Assembly (NCBI RefSeq): GCF_009914755.1
Contig: NC_060929.1
Direction: 5' to 3' (one strand)
Length of the DNA: 64,000 nucleotides
Source of the DNA: the human T2T-CHM13v2.0 reference genome, Homo sapiens
The position numbers and the translations under genes are program-made. Positions 16,051 to 28,490 of the stretch are shown piece after piece (within the stretch, counting starts at the first letter, position 1; every line of letters begins with the position of its first letter). The notes under the pieces were generated by a model, which was given only the letters and a program-made list of their open reading frames with translations, was not told where the DNA came from and searched no databases.

Positions 16051-17499
16051 GGTGGGCGTTGTAGGAGGGCTTGCTAGTGGACAGCTGGGAACCACCAACA
16101 GCCTTCCAGCAGGGTGGGGAGAGGCTGTGTCCATGCCCTCTTCCAGACTCTTCCAGACTGGGTTTTAGCCAGACCTTTAGGTTTGGCTTTAGCTTAACTG
16201 ATCTCGAGTATTTATAACAGTATCTCATGCATCCCAGGCCATCATCGTTTATTTATTTACTGAATAAACAATCTTGGAAATGGCAACATAATACTGGGAA
16301 ATGGCTCTGAATGTCGCTCTGAGGAGGAAACAGGGAGCAGCTCCAAGCATTCCAACCTGGACGACTCTTGGATCTCAAGCATGGATTTGGCAATTGCACC
16401 ACAGAAAATGTGTGTGTGAGAGAGGAGAGGGTGGGAAGAAGGCTGTTCTTTCACCCTATAATCAGGAGCAGAAATAACATCTCATTAGAAACTTTAAAGA
16501 GAAGAGGGCCTTTAAATGAAATAGTAACAAAGCTGTATGGAATCACTTTGAAGAGCTGGCCTTTGGTGGGGTGGAAAATGCTAACATCTGTCACTGCCCT
16601 TCATCTATAATCAAGCTTCTACCAGCAGAATGTGTGTGTCTCCTGTGTGTGCGTACGTTTTAAATATATACACCTATGTTACATGATCGGATATGTGTGT
16701 TCCAGCCATCATAGAATGCCACGTCTGACTTCCAAAGTGAGTTGTGGTCTCAGATGGGGCAGGATCATTACTGCAGAACAGCCAAGATCAAGCCCGGCAC
16801 CTGCAGGATAGGTGTATTTGTTTTTCCTCAGGCAAAATAATGCCTTTGAAGCAGTTCTCCTTGTGGTCTGAGCCATGCTTGCTGGGGCCTTGCAGGAGTG
16901 TGGAATTTGGGGCTGGAGCTCTCCTTGGAACCATGTAGAGCTGAATTCAGACCTGCAGGACCTCTTGCCTACCCTGGGATTATGGCTGTTCCTCACCACT
17001 TTAGAGGTTTCCAGGCTTTCCCACTAATCAGCTTCAATGGTGCTATTCCCCAGGCTCTCTCACGGGTTTCTTACACTGACCACCCTGTGCTGCTGGACGA
17101 AGACAGAAGTATTTTAAAGACATGGAGGAATAAATAATTCTTAGGAGTTTTCTCAGAAGGGAACAAAGGAAAAGAGAAGGGTACTATCTGAACAGAGACC
17201 AAAGCACTTCCAAGGTTACTTCAGAACAAAGCCTTCAAAAATGAATAAAAAGTCTCCTCAAAGCACACAGGAAAGCAATTACATCCCACACTCTGACACA
17301 GGTCATGAAGCTGGGAGGCAGGGGAGGGAGGAAGGGGATAAAAGCAGAGCTAGGGTTGGGGCACTGAGATAACCAGTGAATGATGAAACAACCAGAGGGA
17401 ACATCCCAGAAAACAGGAGCAGAACCGAACTCAGAACAGCAAGAAGAGGCAGAGCCCCAGACTCAGAGGGAAGTCAGGCCGAGCCAGGCCAGAGGCAAA

Positions 17500-17570
17500 G
17501 GCTTTATAAATCTCTATTTGTCTATTGAGGAGGTCTGGGAAAAGGGATGAAGTTGGGCAGGGAAATCCCA
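17500..17570 (-). promoter_or_regulatory. candidate minus-strand core promoter (kB site plus TATA-like box)
   Basis: GGGAAATCCC 17560-17569 (GGGATTTCCC on minus) about 50 bp upstream of TATAAAG on minus (17502-17508); motif evidence only. Confidence 0.3.
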
Positions 17571-17999
17571 CATCATCTTTTCTGGCCGATCTTTTCAATG
17601 CAGGGAGCGATGAGGGTGGGCACTTAGAAGCTGAATGAACAGTTTCAAACATCTGTATATAATGTCAATTACAACTTAATAAGTGACTTGTAGCTTCTAA
17701 GTTATTTTTACTTAGGCACAAAAGGTAGGTTTGGGGTTTAAAAGGAGTGTAAGTGGCCATCTGGAGGTACTTTTAGGCTCAGGAAAGGCTGTAAGACAAT
17801 AAAACAATGACTTTGACAGGTTGATCTGTTTATCATTCATTAGCAGATATTTACTGATATTAACCCAACAACTTACTATGATGTTAGGTTCTGTGCTACG
17901 GAGACCTTACTGTGCATATGGCAGTAAATGAAAAAGATAGAGACCCTATTCTCATGCAGTTTCTCTTCAGTTTTGGAAGGAGGGAAAGTTACGTTTTAT

Positions 18000-18367
18000 T
18001 TATTTTTTATATTTTTAAATTGTGGTAAAATACAAACAACATAAAATTTACTATCTTAACCATTTTTAATTGTATGGTCCAGTGGCATTAAATACATTCA
18101 CGTTGTTATGCTGTCATCATCACCATCCATCTCTACACCCACTCAACAATCATGCCCCATTCTCCCCTCCCCACAACCTCAGGCAACCACCATTCTATTT
18201 TCTGTCCCTATGAATCTGACCACTTTAGGTACCTCATGTAAGTGGAGTCATATAGTTTTTCCTTTTGTGACTTGCTTAGCATAATGTCTTTAAGGTTCAT
18301 CCATGTTGTAGCATGTATCAGAATTTCTTTCACTGTTAGTGCTGGATACTATTTCATGGTATATATA

Positions 18368-18417
<50 letters not shown>

Positions 18418-18810
18418 ACATTTTGTTTATTCATCCATTCACTGATGGACATTTGGGTTGCTACTACCTTTTGGCTGTTCTGAGTAATGCTGAGTAATGC
18501 TGCTACAAACATGAGTGTACAAACACCTGTTCAAGCCCCTGCTTTTAATTCTTTTACGTACATACTCAGAAGTGGGATTGCTGGATCCTATGATAATTCT
18601 ATTTTTAATATTTTGAGTAATCACACAATGTTATTGTCCATAGAGGCTACATTATTTTACTTTCCCATTAACAGTGAACAAGGGTTCCAATTTCTCTACA
18701 TCCTCAACAATTCTTATTTTCCCCTCCCTCCCTCCCTTCCTTCCTTTTTCCACTCTCTCTCCTTTTCTTTCTTTCATTTTTTAAATTGTAGTCATCCTAA
18801 TGGTATAATT
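18000..18810 (-). mobile_element. L1MB-type 3' fragment
   Basis: TTTTAAATTGTGGTAAAATAC..AAAATTTACTATCTTAACCATTTTTAA..GGCAACCACCATTCTA..GGGATTGCTGGATCCTATG. Confidence 0.88.
18360..18414. repeat. (TA)n/(TG)n microsatellite
   Basis: about 19 TA units at 18376-18414 preceded by short TA and TG runs. Confidence 0.97.
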
Positions 18811-19529
18811 TATGTATGCATCCTTGAGACTTTATGCTTTACTGCAGAATGGTGAATCTCCTGATCTATGAGAGATTTGGTGACCCCTGGTGTGTGTGCA
18901 TGTTTCTCTGTGAATGTGTACGTGTATCAATATTTTGTGCCGATCTTTGAGTATTTTTACTGTTAGTATCCAAGCCACAACCTACCATGTGCATGTGACC
19001 ATGAAAAAAATCCTGACTCCACCAGCAGGATGGGCCTCTGGGCACCCTATAATTTGACTAGGGGAATGGGGTGTGTGTTGGCAGGGAGCGGGGGAGGTGT
19101 AGCTGCTGAAATCCAAGAGGCCAGCTTCTGGGAGCATGTGGTGCTAGGCAGAGGGCAGAAATCTCCTGGGAAGTGCGTAATGCCTATTCGTATGATTCAC
19201 AATCAGAGGAGACATTGGTCAACAAACCCCAGGATGACCCACTAAGGGAAAGAGGAGATAGAAAAGCGGATCGATATGGTGATGTTTCGGAACGGAAATC
19301 AGAAAGGTGGCCAGGATATAGTAATAAGAAACTCATAAAATAATTCAAATTCCTCTAGTGCATATAATGTTTCTAGCATTTGCACTTGTGTTTATCTATT
19401 TATGATCATGCCTTTGGCAACATCACTGCTTATCAATGGACACACTCCTTCTAGCAGGCAGAAAAAGGAGAGAAGCAGAGTAAGCAGATTTGCTCCTTTG
19501 AGGTCCCATTCATATAGAGACCCACAGAA

Positions 19530-19650
19530 CACTGAAGCCAGAGGGACCTTGGAGATCATTTAATTCCTTCTTTACTCCACAGGTGAGGAAACTGATGAAG
19601 TGGCTTTAGGGAAGGTGGAGGTGGAACGCTACCTTCTTCTCCCGCAGTAA
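19530..19650 (-). mobile_element. MIR remnant
   Basis: GGGACCTTGGAGATCAT..ACAGGTGAGGAAACTGA. Confidence 0.6.
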
Positions 19651-20506
19651 GCACCAACGATCTGGGAAGAGCTGGAGTGAGAAACCACAGAAATGCTTCT
19701 GTGATAACACTGACTCCATTGTTAACCCTCAGTTTACACCCGAGATTGGCTACTTCTGATTTAACTCCACAAAAGCCTCTGTGCTCTATGAATATGATAT
19801 CCAGACTTGGCTGTCCCCTAAGTACATGTTTTTTTATAGCTGGATTTAATTTTTCCTCATAAATGAATTGCATAGAAAAGGAAACGGGCTTGTATCATCA
19901 TCCTAAAAACGAGCAGGCACCCAAAGACAGCTCTTCTTGTTTCTTCTTCTGCCTCTCAGTAGAGTGAAGTGAATATAAAAACTGGGCAGAAAAGGCCCAT
20001 GGGATTGCCATGTGTGAGGAGGTGGGTGGCACCTTGCTACCTGCAGGCACAGACAGCAGAGAACGCTGTGTGTGTGTGAAGCAACAGTGAATGTGGTTCT
20101 ACATCCTTGCAAGAGCTGACAATGTCCTTCGTTATCTGCAGGAGTCAGAGCAGGAGTCCCAAGCTGGTGGGGAAGCCAACATGAAGGCCTGGGTGGGCTC
20201 CAGAGAGGGAAGGAAGAGCAGCAGAAGGCCAAAGAGGATGCCTAAATTTGTGGCGGCAGTACTGGGTCTTATAATTCTACCACATAATACATAGGAAACT
20301 GAGTCCAAGAGAAGTAAATGTCCTTACAGTCTATGGGTGGCAAGATTAGGAAAATTTTCTATTCTAATTTCCATGCTCTTACCAACTTTTACTCTGGAGA
20401 AACATTTTGCCTGTGCTGTTATTTTGCTAGGGCCCTTTAGGTAAGGCAGGAGAAAGCACAGCAAGTTGCACCAAGAACCCTGCAGCACACAGTGCTGTGG
20501 TGATAG

Positions 20507-20882
20507 TGTATTCGTCCGTCCTTGCATTGTTATAAAGAACTACCTGAGACTAGGTATAAATAAAAGAGGTTTAATTGGTTCAGGGTTCCACAGGCTGTAC
20601 AGGAATCATGGCTGGGGAGGCCTCAGGAACTTACAATCATGGCAGAAGGTGAAGAGGAGGCAGGTATGTCCTACATGGCTGGAGCAGGAGGAAGAGAGCG
20701 AAGGGGGAGGTGCCACACACTTTCAAACAACCAGATCTCATGAGAACTCACTCACTATCACAAGAACAGCAAGGGGGAATCCATGCCTATGATCCAGTCA
20801 CTTCCCGCCGGGCCCCTCCTCCAGCATGGGGGATTACAATTCGACATGACACTTGGGTGGGACACAAATCCCAACCATATCA
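20507..20882 (-). mobile_element. MaLR solo LTR, MSTA-like
   Basis: TGTATTCGTCC..GGTTCCACAGGCTGTACAGG..CAGATCTCATGAGAACTCACTCACTATCA..CAACCATATCA; 5-bp TSD GATAG/CATAG. Confidence 0.92.
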
Positions 20883-21284
20883 CATAGGAGTATAGTTCTC
20901 AAGCTCCTACTTCAAATGCCAAACCAAAATACAGCTTAGTGAGTGAGGGGTCTTAAGGTTTTTCATTTGTAGGTGGAATTTAGCAGGTGAAGACATTTAC
21001 AACCATTATAATGTGGGTGGCATATTCCACATATCCCCTAGACCTAGGTTATACTGGGCTTTGCAGTGCATTAAATTACTCAGAAAGTTTTAAAGCCGTT
21101 CCTGCCTCCCCACTATTCTCTTCCAGCCACCCTTAGAGACTTTGATATGACTGAAATGTATCTCTTAGGTGTACTGGGGTAGAGAAAAGTTTAGGAGTCA
21201 TTGATGTAGCCTCACAGTAACTATTCACAGCTCTGTGATCAGCTCAGCTGATCAACTTACTTCCTAGCACCTTCTAGAAGGGGT

Positions 21285-21598
21285 TTTTAGGCCAATAGAA
21301 ATATAATGCAAGTCACTTATGTAAGTTAATTAAAATTAAATTTTCTATTAGCCACATTAAGAAAGGAAGAGGAGAGAAGTAAAACACTAACAATATATTT
21401 AATTCAATATATCCAAAGTATTATCCTTTCAACAAATAATAAATCTATAATATTGTATGCATATAATACATAGGTGTACTAAGTCTTGAAAATCGGATGT
21501 ATATATTCTACTCACAGCACATCTCAATCCACAGTTAGCCATATTTTAAGTACCTGACAGCCACATGTGGCCTGTGGCTACTATACTGGACAGCACAA
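21285..21598. mobile_element. MER33/MER3-like hAT MITE
   Basis: CCAATAGAAATATAATGCAAG..ACAGCACATCTCAAT..AGCCACATGTGGC..GGCTACTATACTGGACAGCAC. Confidence 0.85.
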
Positions 21599-21789
21599 AT
21601 CTAGACTGTTCTTACAGTCCTTAGGGCTCAAACCTTGCCCTTGCCTCTCTCACTGACATGCGTTTACTCCAAAAGAAATAGAAATTTCTCCACGATGTAG
21701 CCATTCTCGCCTGTCTCAGGGCCCTTTCCTGTCCAGGTCTTAATGTGTCCACTTGGTCTTTATTGCATCTCAACTCTCCAATTGTCCAC

Positions 21790-22420
21790 TGAGTCATCAA
21801 GTAATCATTACTGAGTGCCTAGCAAGCTCCCAGTATTTGTGTTAACTGACAAGGATAAAAAAATACAGGAGATGCTGACTTCCAGGAGCTCTCAGCTTGG
21901 AAATGCAGGCACAAACACGAACATGTGAGGGATGCTATACGGAGACACATGCACACAGGAAGGAGTGACTGCTCCTTCTGGGGCTCTGGAAAGCATTCAC
22001 AGAGGGAGACATGGGGCTGGGTTTTTAAGGGATGAGAGAGATTATAGACAGGTAGGGAAAATGTGTTTCAGGCATAGGGAAAAGCATATTCATGACAGTA
22101 CGATGATCTGCATGGAGATGACAAGTGTCTAGGAAGTGAGAACATGACAAGGAGTGCCTGGAGTGAGGCTGGCCGGGCAAGTGGGGCCCGAGTGCCTGGT
22201 GACACATTTAGAATGACTGTGGGGTAATTCTCTGAGCAGGAATCTCTGAATGAGAATATTTTGTGGTGAGCTATAATGCAGTTTGGAAAAAACAAAGAAG
22301 TAAGGAGAGCCTGAACTAAGTGGGCAGCAGTATGTCCAGAAAGGAGCGGATGGGAGCCCCCATGTGAATAAGGGAATATAAGGGCACTGTTTGCAAGATG
22401 AGCATTATGATGAAAGCTGG
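21790..22420 (-). mobile_element. L2 remnant
   Basis: CATTACTGAGTGCCTAG..CCAGGAGCTCTCAG..GGAAAGCATTCACAGAGG..TTTCAGGCATAGGGAAAAGCA; highly diverged. Confidence 0.6.
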
Positions 22421-24776
22421 GCAAAGGGTCTAATTGCTAAGGCTTTCTATGCCCAAACTCACTATGCTGAGGGCATTAGGGCCACTCGCATGGTATTTAT
22501 ACAGGCCTATTACAGTCCGTTGTGATCTGGAAGCACTACATGCATGCCTGCCCTGAAGGAAATGGTAAGGCTCTTTACAGGTTAATTTAGGCAGGAGGCA
22601 GAATCAAGCGGAATCACTTCAGGACTGCTAGGAAAGTCACACTTGTGACACCCAGCAGGTGTTGGGCAGTACCTGACCAGCCCAATCAGATAATGTGGTT
22701 GCTCACACTACCTGGAACCCAACTGTGGCTTATCTGACTGTGAGTTTTCTGGAAGGTGGCTCTGGAGCTCTCAGGTAAGAACAGGGCAGCAACATGACAT
22801 CTACAGTGAGAAGGAGCCTCAGAGATGCCATGAGTTCTTCTTTTGTAAATGGGGAAGGCTGGGGCAGGGAGAGTTCAATGGCTTAAAGGCTAGTAAGCGG
22901 CAGAGCAAGAATAGAATTCACCTTTCTTATTTCATAAGCTGGTGTTGCTTTCACAGCACACTGCCCTCTGAGATGAGCGGGAGATATGTCCCGAAGAACT
23001 GTTTACCTTTATAGCAACTCAGGAAAAAAGAGAAAGCTAGGCTAGAGACACACTAGGTAATCAAACCATCTTGGTGGGCCAATTAGATTTAATCTAGTAG
23101 CAATGCACTGGTACTCACACGGTGAAGAGTCCACGAAGTTCGGGTCAATATTATGCAGCAGCTCAATTCTGGGGGATGGGCTTCCTTCACTGGAAAACAA
23201 TTTTTAAGGGAATGTGAATTTCCTCTCTCTAATGGGCATGAATTATTTTAATACTTCCCTTCCTTGTACTTATAGGAAATAACAAACCTGCCAGTTAACA
23301 ACTCTGTCATGAATTTGGAGGTCTCCACAATCACGGCTGGTGCATCTTCAAGCAGTCATCGTTTGTTTACATTGACCGAACCCTTTACATAAGAACTTCA
23401 GTGTCAAGCATATGAAGATATTTTAAAAAATGATTCTGGGACCCTTTGAAATAAATATTGTGGCCTTATTTAAACATGACCATTTTTTACACCAGAGAAA
23501 TGAGAACTCAAGTCACCTCATATAGACTTCATACTGAACACTTACGAGTAAATGAAGAAACTGCATCTGCCAAAATGGTGGCACCAATATTACAGATGCA
23601 ACATGCCTCTTAAAGAGTAACCTACATCAGAAAAATTAATGTCCTCCATGTCCAAATTTGCAACACGGATCTTAGATTTAATATAAATACATGAGAAATA
23701 CCTAGATCTCTTTAAGGCTTTAAAAAATGTGTACACACAAATACAATCACAACCTACATTTGTGCTGAAAAGTGACTTGGAGATCGCTTAGTTCAACCCC
23801 CTCTTCTTACAAATGATGAAGGTACATAGTAAGTTATTGGTAGAATATTGGGTTGTGTGACTCTCAAAGCAGTGTTCTTAAGAAATTGGGAGCATAAACA
23901 TCACCAGATGTATGTAGGGAGCACAATAGGCACCCAGGTCATTTTGCTAGTGTAGACTCAGCCTTACAGAAGTAGCTAAAAACAATTTAAATCATTGAGG
24001 GTGTACTGAGGACTCCCTGATAATCTAATACAGTTCAGCTAAGTACTAAAGGTTGCAAAGTACTGTTAACACCACAGGATTCATACATAATATAAATAAT
24101 CAATAAGGCTCCCGACGTAACCAAGACATGGTTTCAGGTGTCCCAGTGTCCACACGCCAAACTCACAGTTAGCTGTTGATAGCAGTGGTTTGGGATTTCA
24201 ATGCCCAGTACAATTTCAAAAAATCTGGGTTGTGATTCACAACTTTGTATTTGCCAAGTAAGGAAATATAAAAACAAATCTTAATGAATTAATTTAAAAC
24301 AAAACAAAATAACAAACTTCAACTACCATCACCATTATTTTATAAAATAAACAGCAAAAAAGGTAGGAAAGACAGGATCTCTGAATAAATAACAGCTCCT
24401 TAAATTGAGCATATTTAACTTTGGTATTCTATCAGATGTCATTGTCCCCCTCTACTCCATAAATCACAGTGATCAGAGACAGTGGAAGAGAAACATTCAG
24501 GGGTGCCCACGGTCCTGGGACAGCAGCGGCAGCACTGCAGGGGTGGGGGTGGGGCATATTTCCCAGGACCTTTCTTTTCTCATTTTCTTTCGGAGACACT
24601 TAACTGCCTGAATATCCTGGAGACTATCAACCAGTCCAAAATGCCAGGAACTACGGTTTGATCCCAGAAGCTCTGAATGGAAGTAGAAATGATACGTAAA
24701 GAAAATGGTAAATATGAGAAAATCTAAATAGAATGATGATGATGTCTAATTTGTGGGCTTAAAACCAAACAAGTAT

Positions 24777-25110
24777 GCCAGGTACAATGGCTCACGCCTA
24801 TAATCCCAGCACTTTGGGAGGCTGAGATGGGAGGATCCCTTGAGGCCAGCCAGGAGTTTGAGACAAGCTTAGGCAACATACTGAGACCTGGTCTGTACTA
24901 CTACTACTACTACTACTACTACTAATAATAATAATAATTTGAGCATGGTGGTGCATGCCTGTAGTCCCAGCAACACAGGAGGCTGAGGCAAGAGGATCCC
25001 TTGAGCCCAGGAGTTCAAGGCTGTAGTGAGCTATGATCACACCACTGCACTCCAGCCTAGATGACAAAGTGAGACTCTGTCTTAAAACAAACAAACAAAT
25101 AAAACCAAGC
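24777..25110 (+). mobile_element. AluJ with (TAC)9(TAA)5 in the middle linker
   Basis: GGATCCCTTGAG..CAGGAGTTTGAG and GGCTGTAGTGAGCTATGATC are J-type; STR at 24896-24937. Confidence 0.95.
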
Positions 25111-25853
25111 AAACAGAGTTAAAATCCTGGAAAATAATAGCAAGCAAGGAAAGGAAATCAAATGAAAGCATTTTAAAGTATTTATATTGTTTGGAAGTGG
25201 GGTAAAGCTACTGATTAAATTTAGATTTAGCTAAGTAAAACTTTTGTGTTAAATTTTTAGGGCAACTATTAAAAATAAAGGCTTTTTCTGGACTATAGGT
25301 TGAAAACTCAAAAATTTCAGGGCCAGTATATTAATACATAACTACGCAGCTTTAAAAGTAGAGTTCACTGTAATACCCCAAAATATTAGGCACAATTAAA
25401 TAAAAACATTTTCCTAATAACTTTAGAGAGAGTTTATATACATACTCTTCATTCATGTCATTTTTTTCATTATTCAGAAGAGTCACAGGTATTTTAAAAT
25501 AAGTAAATTTAATACGATGAGATGATTTTTTGAAACCAAGCGTTGTGTATAATCCTAGTTGATTGTTAGGAAAAATCTTCATAGGCAGAATCATCATGAT
25601 GCAAATAGGAGCCAACCCCTCCAACTATCTTAAGTATGTTGTCATTCTACTTTTAAAATGCACTCATCAGAATATTTTGATAAGGATGTGGTTAGAGATA
25701 TGGGCCAAGAAAACACAATATATGACAAGTGATTGAAACAATGACCAAACACCATTAGGGACTTCCTGAGGGGGAGGTAGAGAGGGATTGTGGATTTCCG
25801 TTAATAGTTAACACTTTATTAACACAGATTCAAGTAATTATACCCTCCACCAC

Positions 25854-25875
25854 CACACACACACACACACACACA
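25854..25875. repeat. (CA)11 microsatellite
   Basis: read directly. Confidence 0.95.
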
Positions 25876-26720
25876 TCAACTTAAGAAGGCACAGAAACTG
25901 CATGGTTAATTTCAGTGCAGACAAGGGTACAGTGTACTGATACTGCAACCAAGAAGGTGGGTTCAAGTCACCTGGAGAAGACAATCTGGGGGCATGGGAC
26001 AGAAACGGAGCTTGTCGGAAGGAGGGGAAGGGGTGGGTGATGAGAAGTCTCAAAGCTAACTCTGCAAGCCTCATAATTTTGCCTAGGAGATATTTCAGAG
26101 TCATAATTTTGAAAAGACCAGTAAATGGCAGAGACAATGGTCATTAGAGAGACATGGCCGATTGCTGGGGAGGAGAATCCTCAGGGCTGAATGCCATATA
26201 TAGGAAGAGCATGCCCCAGACCCTGCGCAGGGCCCACTGTCTACTGAGGAGTTAAAATTTCCCCAGACCGAAGAAGCTGGACATGGGTACACAGCTTGGG
26301 AAGAAATGTTCACCACCATATTAATAAACTTTCTCTTTATAAATTCAAAGAAAGGGAAGTTCAGTAAATACCCATATGTTTTCAGCATTAAAGACCCTCT
26401 TAAGAACCCACAAATTCTTGGCCACTTAAATTTGAGTAGTCTCCAATAATCACATGAAAGATCCCTCTCTTGGATTTAGAAGGAAAATGCCTGGTGTGTG
26501 GTGAGTTTTCTGTTTTTGTTTTTTTTTTTTTCCCTTTTTTTTTTTTTTAGAGAAAACGTTTTCCATTGTTGTCTCACTGCCATCCCTTCCTCACTCCTCT
26601 GGAAATTTTTGATATCAATAATCTCCACTTTCTTATGCATGTTCCTCTATCCTTCTGTTAAAAACAAAATAAGAAAATTTTATTAACCATCTTATTTGCC
26701 ATTAGGTATCTTGTTTTTTG

Positions 26721-26892
26721 CAGTACTCATTCTCAAACTTTGCTGTACATTAGAATTACCTGGGAAGCTTTTAAATCCCAGATGCACAGGCTGCATCTCA
26801 TACCCGTAAGATCACTGGCGGTGGAACCCAAGCATTGGTACTTTTGGACTCTCCAGATGATTCCAATGTGCAGCCAAGCATGGGAACCGCTG
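26721..26892. mobile_element. MER5A1-like hAT MITE
   Basis: TTCTCAAACTTTGCTGTACATTAGAATTACCTGGGAAGCTTTT..GATTCCAATGTGCAGCCAAG..GGAACCGCTG. Confidence 0.8.
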
Positions 26893-26900
26893 CTCCTAAG

Positions 26901-27065
26901 CAGTGCTTCCCAAACCTTAATGTACATATGAATCATCTGGGGAGCTTGTTAAACTGTGGATCCTGATGTACTTGAACTGAATGGGGCCCAATAATCTGCA
27001 TTTCTAACAGTTTCCCAGGTGACATTGATGCTGCTGGTCTCAGAACCACACTTGAGGTATCATGG
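26901..27065. mobile_element. MER5A-like hAT MITE
   Basis: CAGTGCTTCCCAAAC..GAATCATCTGGGGAGCTTGTTAAA..AATCTGCATTTCTAACA..GATGCTGCTGGTC. Confidence 0.82.
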
Positions 27066-27160
27066 TTTGAGGAAGCCTCCCGGAGTCCTTCCACATGGGA
27101 TCTCAACTCTTTTGGAGTCTCTTAAATTAAAATCTTATTTGGATTAGGGCTGATTCAAAC

Positions 27161-27295
27161 ATAATGATTCTCAACCTTGGCTGCACAATACAATCACCTG
27201 AAGAACTCTTAAAAAATACTGATGCATGGGTTCAATCCCAGGAGACTGAGTTCTGAGTTTCAGCCTGGGCATAAAGATTTATAAAAGCACCCAAA
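27161..27295. mobile_element. MER5B-like MITE, left part (right part at 39960-40000)
   Basis: TTCTCAACCTTGGCTGCACA..AATCACCTG..TTAAAAAATACTGATGC..GCCTGGGCAT..TAAAAGC, interrupted by the L1MB tail. Confidence 0.75.
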
Positions 27296-28490
27296 CTTAG
27301 CTTTATTGAAGTATAATTTTAAAACCATACAATCACCCATTTAAACTGCACAGTTAAATGTTTTTGGTATATTCACATGGTTGCACAATCATCAACAGTC
27401 TAATTTTAGAACATTTTTATCCTCCCAAAAGAAATACTGTACCCATTAGCAGTCATTCTTCATTTTCTACTTCACTCCCCTCCCCAGCCCTAGCCGATTG
27501 TTAATCTGTCTCTACAGATTTGCCTATTCTGGACATTTCATATAACTGGAACCACACAATACTTAGCCTTTTGTGGCTGGCTTCTTTCACTTAGCATAAT
27601 GTTTTCAAGGATCATCAATGTGGTAGCATGCATCAAATATTTCATTCCTTTATATGGCTAAATAATATCCCATTGCTTGAAGATATCACATTTTCTTTAT
27701 CCATTTACTTGGTTAGTATTTTGATTGTTTTCAATATTTGGCTATTATGAATAATCCTACTATGAACATTCATGTACAATTTTTTGTGTGGGCATTCGTT
27801 TTCATATCTCTTGGGTCTATAACTAGGAGTGGAATTGCCAGGTCATATGGTAACTCTACAACATTTTGAGGACTTGCCGAACAATTTTCCAAAGCAGCTA
27901 CGCCATTTCACACTCTCACCAGGAATAAGTGCTTCAATTTCTCCACATCTTTGACAACACTTATTAATGTGTCTTTTTGAATGTAGCCATTCTAGTTGGT
28001 GTAAAGTGATATCTCATTGCGATTTGATTTGCATTTTCCTAATAATTAATGATGAGCATCTTTTCATGTATGTATTGGCCATTTATATATCCTCTTTGGA
28101 GAAATGTCTATTCAGATCATTTGCTCGTATTTTAATGGGGCTACTTGTCTTTTTATGATTGAGTTGCATGAATTCTTTATATATTCTATTTGCAAGTCCC
28201 TTATCTGATACATGATTTGCTAATATTTTCTCCTATTCTGTGGGTTGATTTTTCACTTCCTTGAGAATATCATTTTGAGAATAAAAGTTTGCATTTTGAT
28301 GTAGTTCGACTTATGTATTTTCTCTTGTGTTGCTTTTATCTAAGAAACTACTGTCTGACCCAAGATCACAAAGCTTTACTCCTGAGTTTTCTTCTAAGAG
28401 TTTTATAGTTTTAATTCTTACATTTAGGTCTATGATCCATTTTAAGTTAATTTTTGTGTATGCTGTGAGGTAGAGATCCAACTTCATTAT
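27296..28490 (-). mobile_element. L1MB7/8-like 3' fragment (resumes at about 39836-39958)
   Basis: AGCTTTATTGAAGTATAATT..TTTTAGAACATTTTTATC..GATTTGCCTATTCTGGACATTTCATATAA; continuation CAACTTCATTCTTCTGCATGTGG..CCCAGCAC at 39836. Confidence 0.85.

Noticed and set aside
21236-21254. Palindrome TGATCAGCT-C-AGCTGATCA
   Set aside because: A single 9-bp-arm inverted repeat is not surprising in 64 kb and has no supporting context.
24570-24715. Possible plus-strand exon (pyrimidine tract and AG, later G/GTAAAT)
   Set aside because: Splice signals are weak, there is no recognisable coding content and no partner exon was found.
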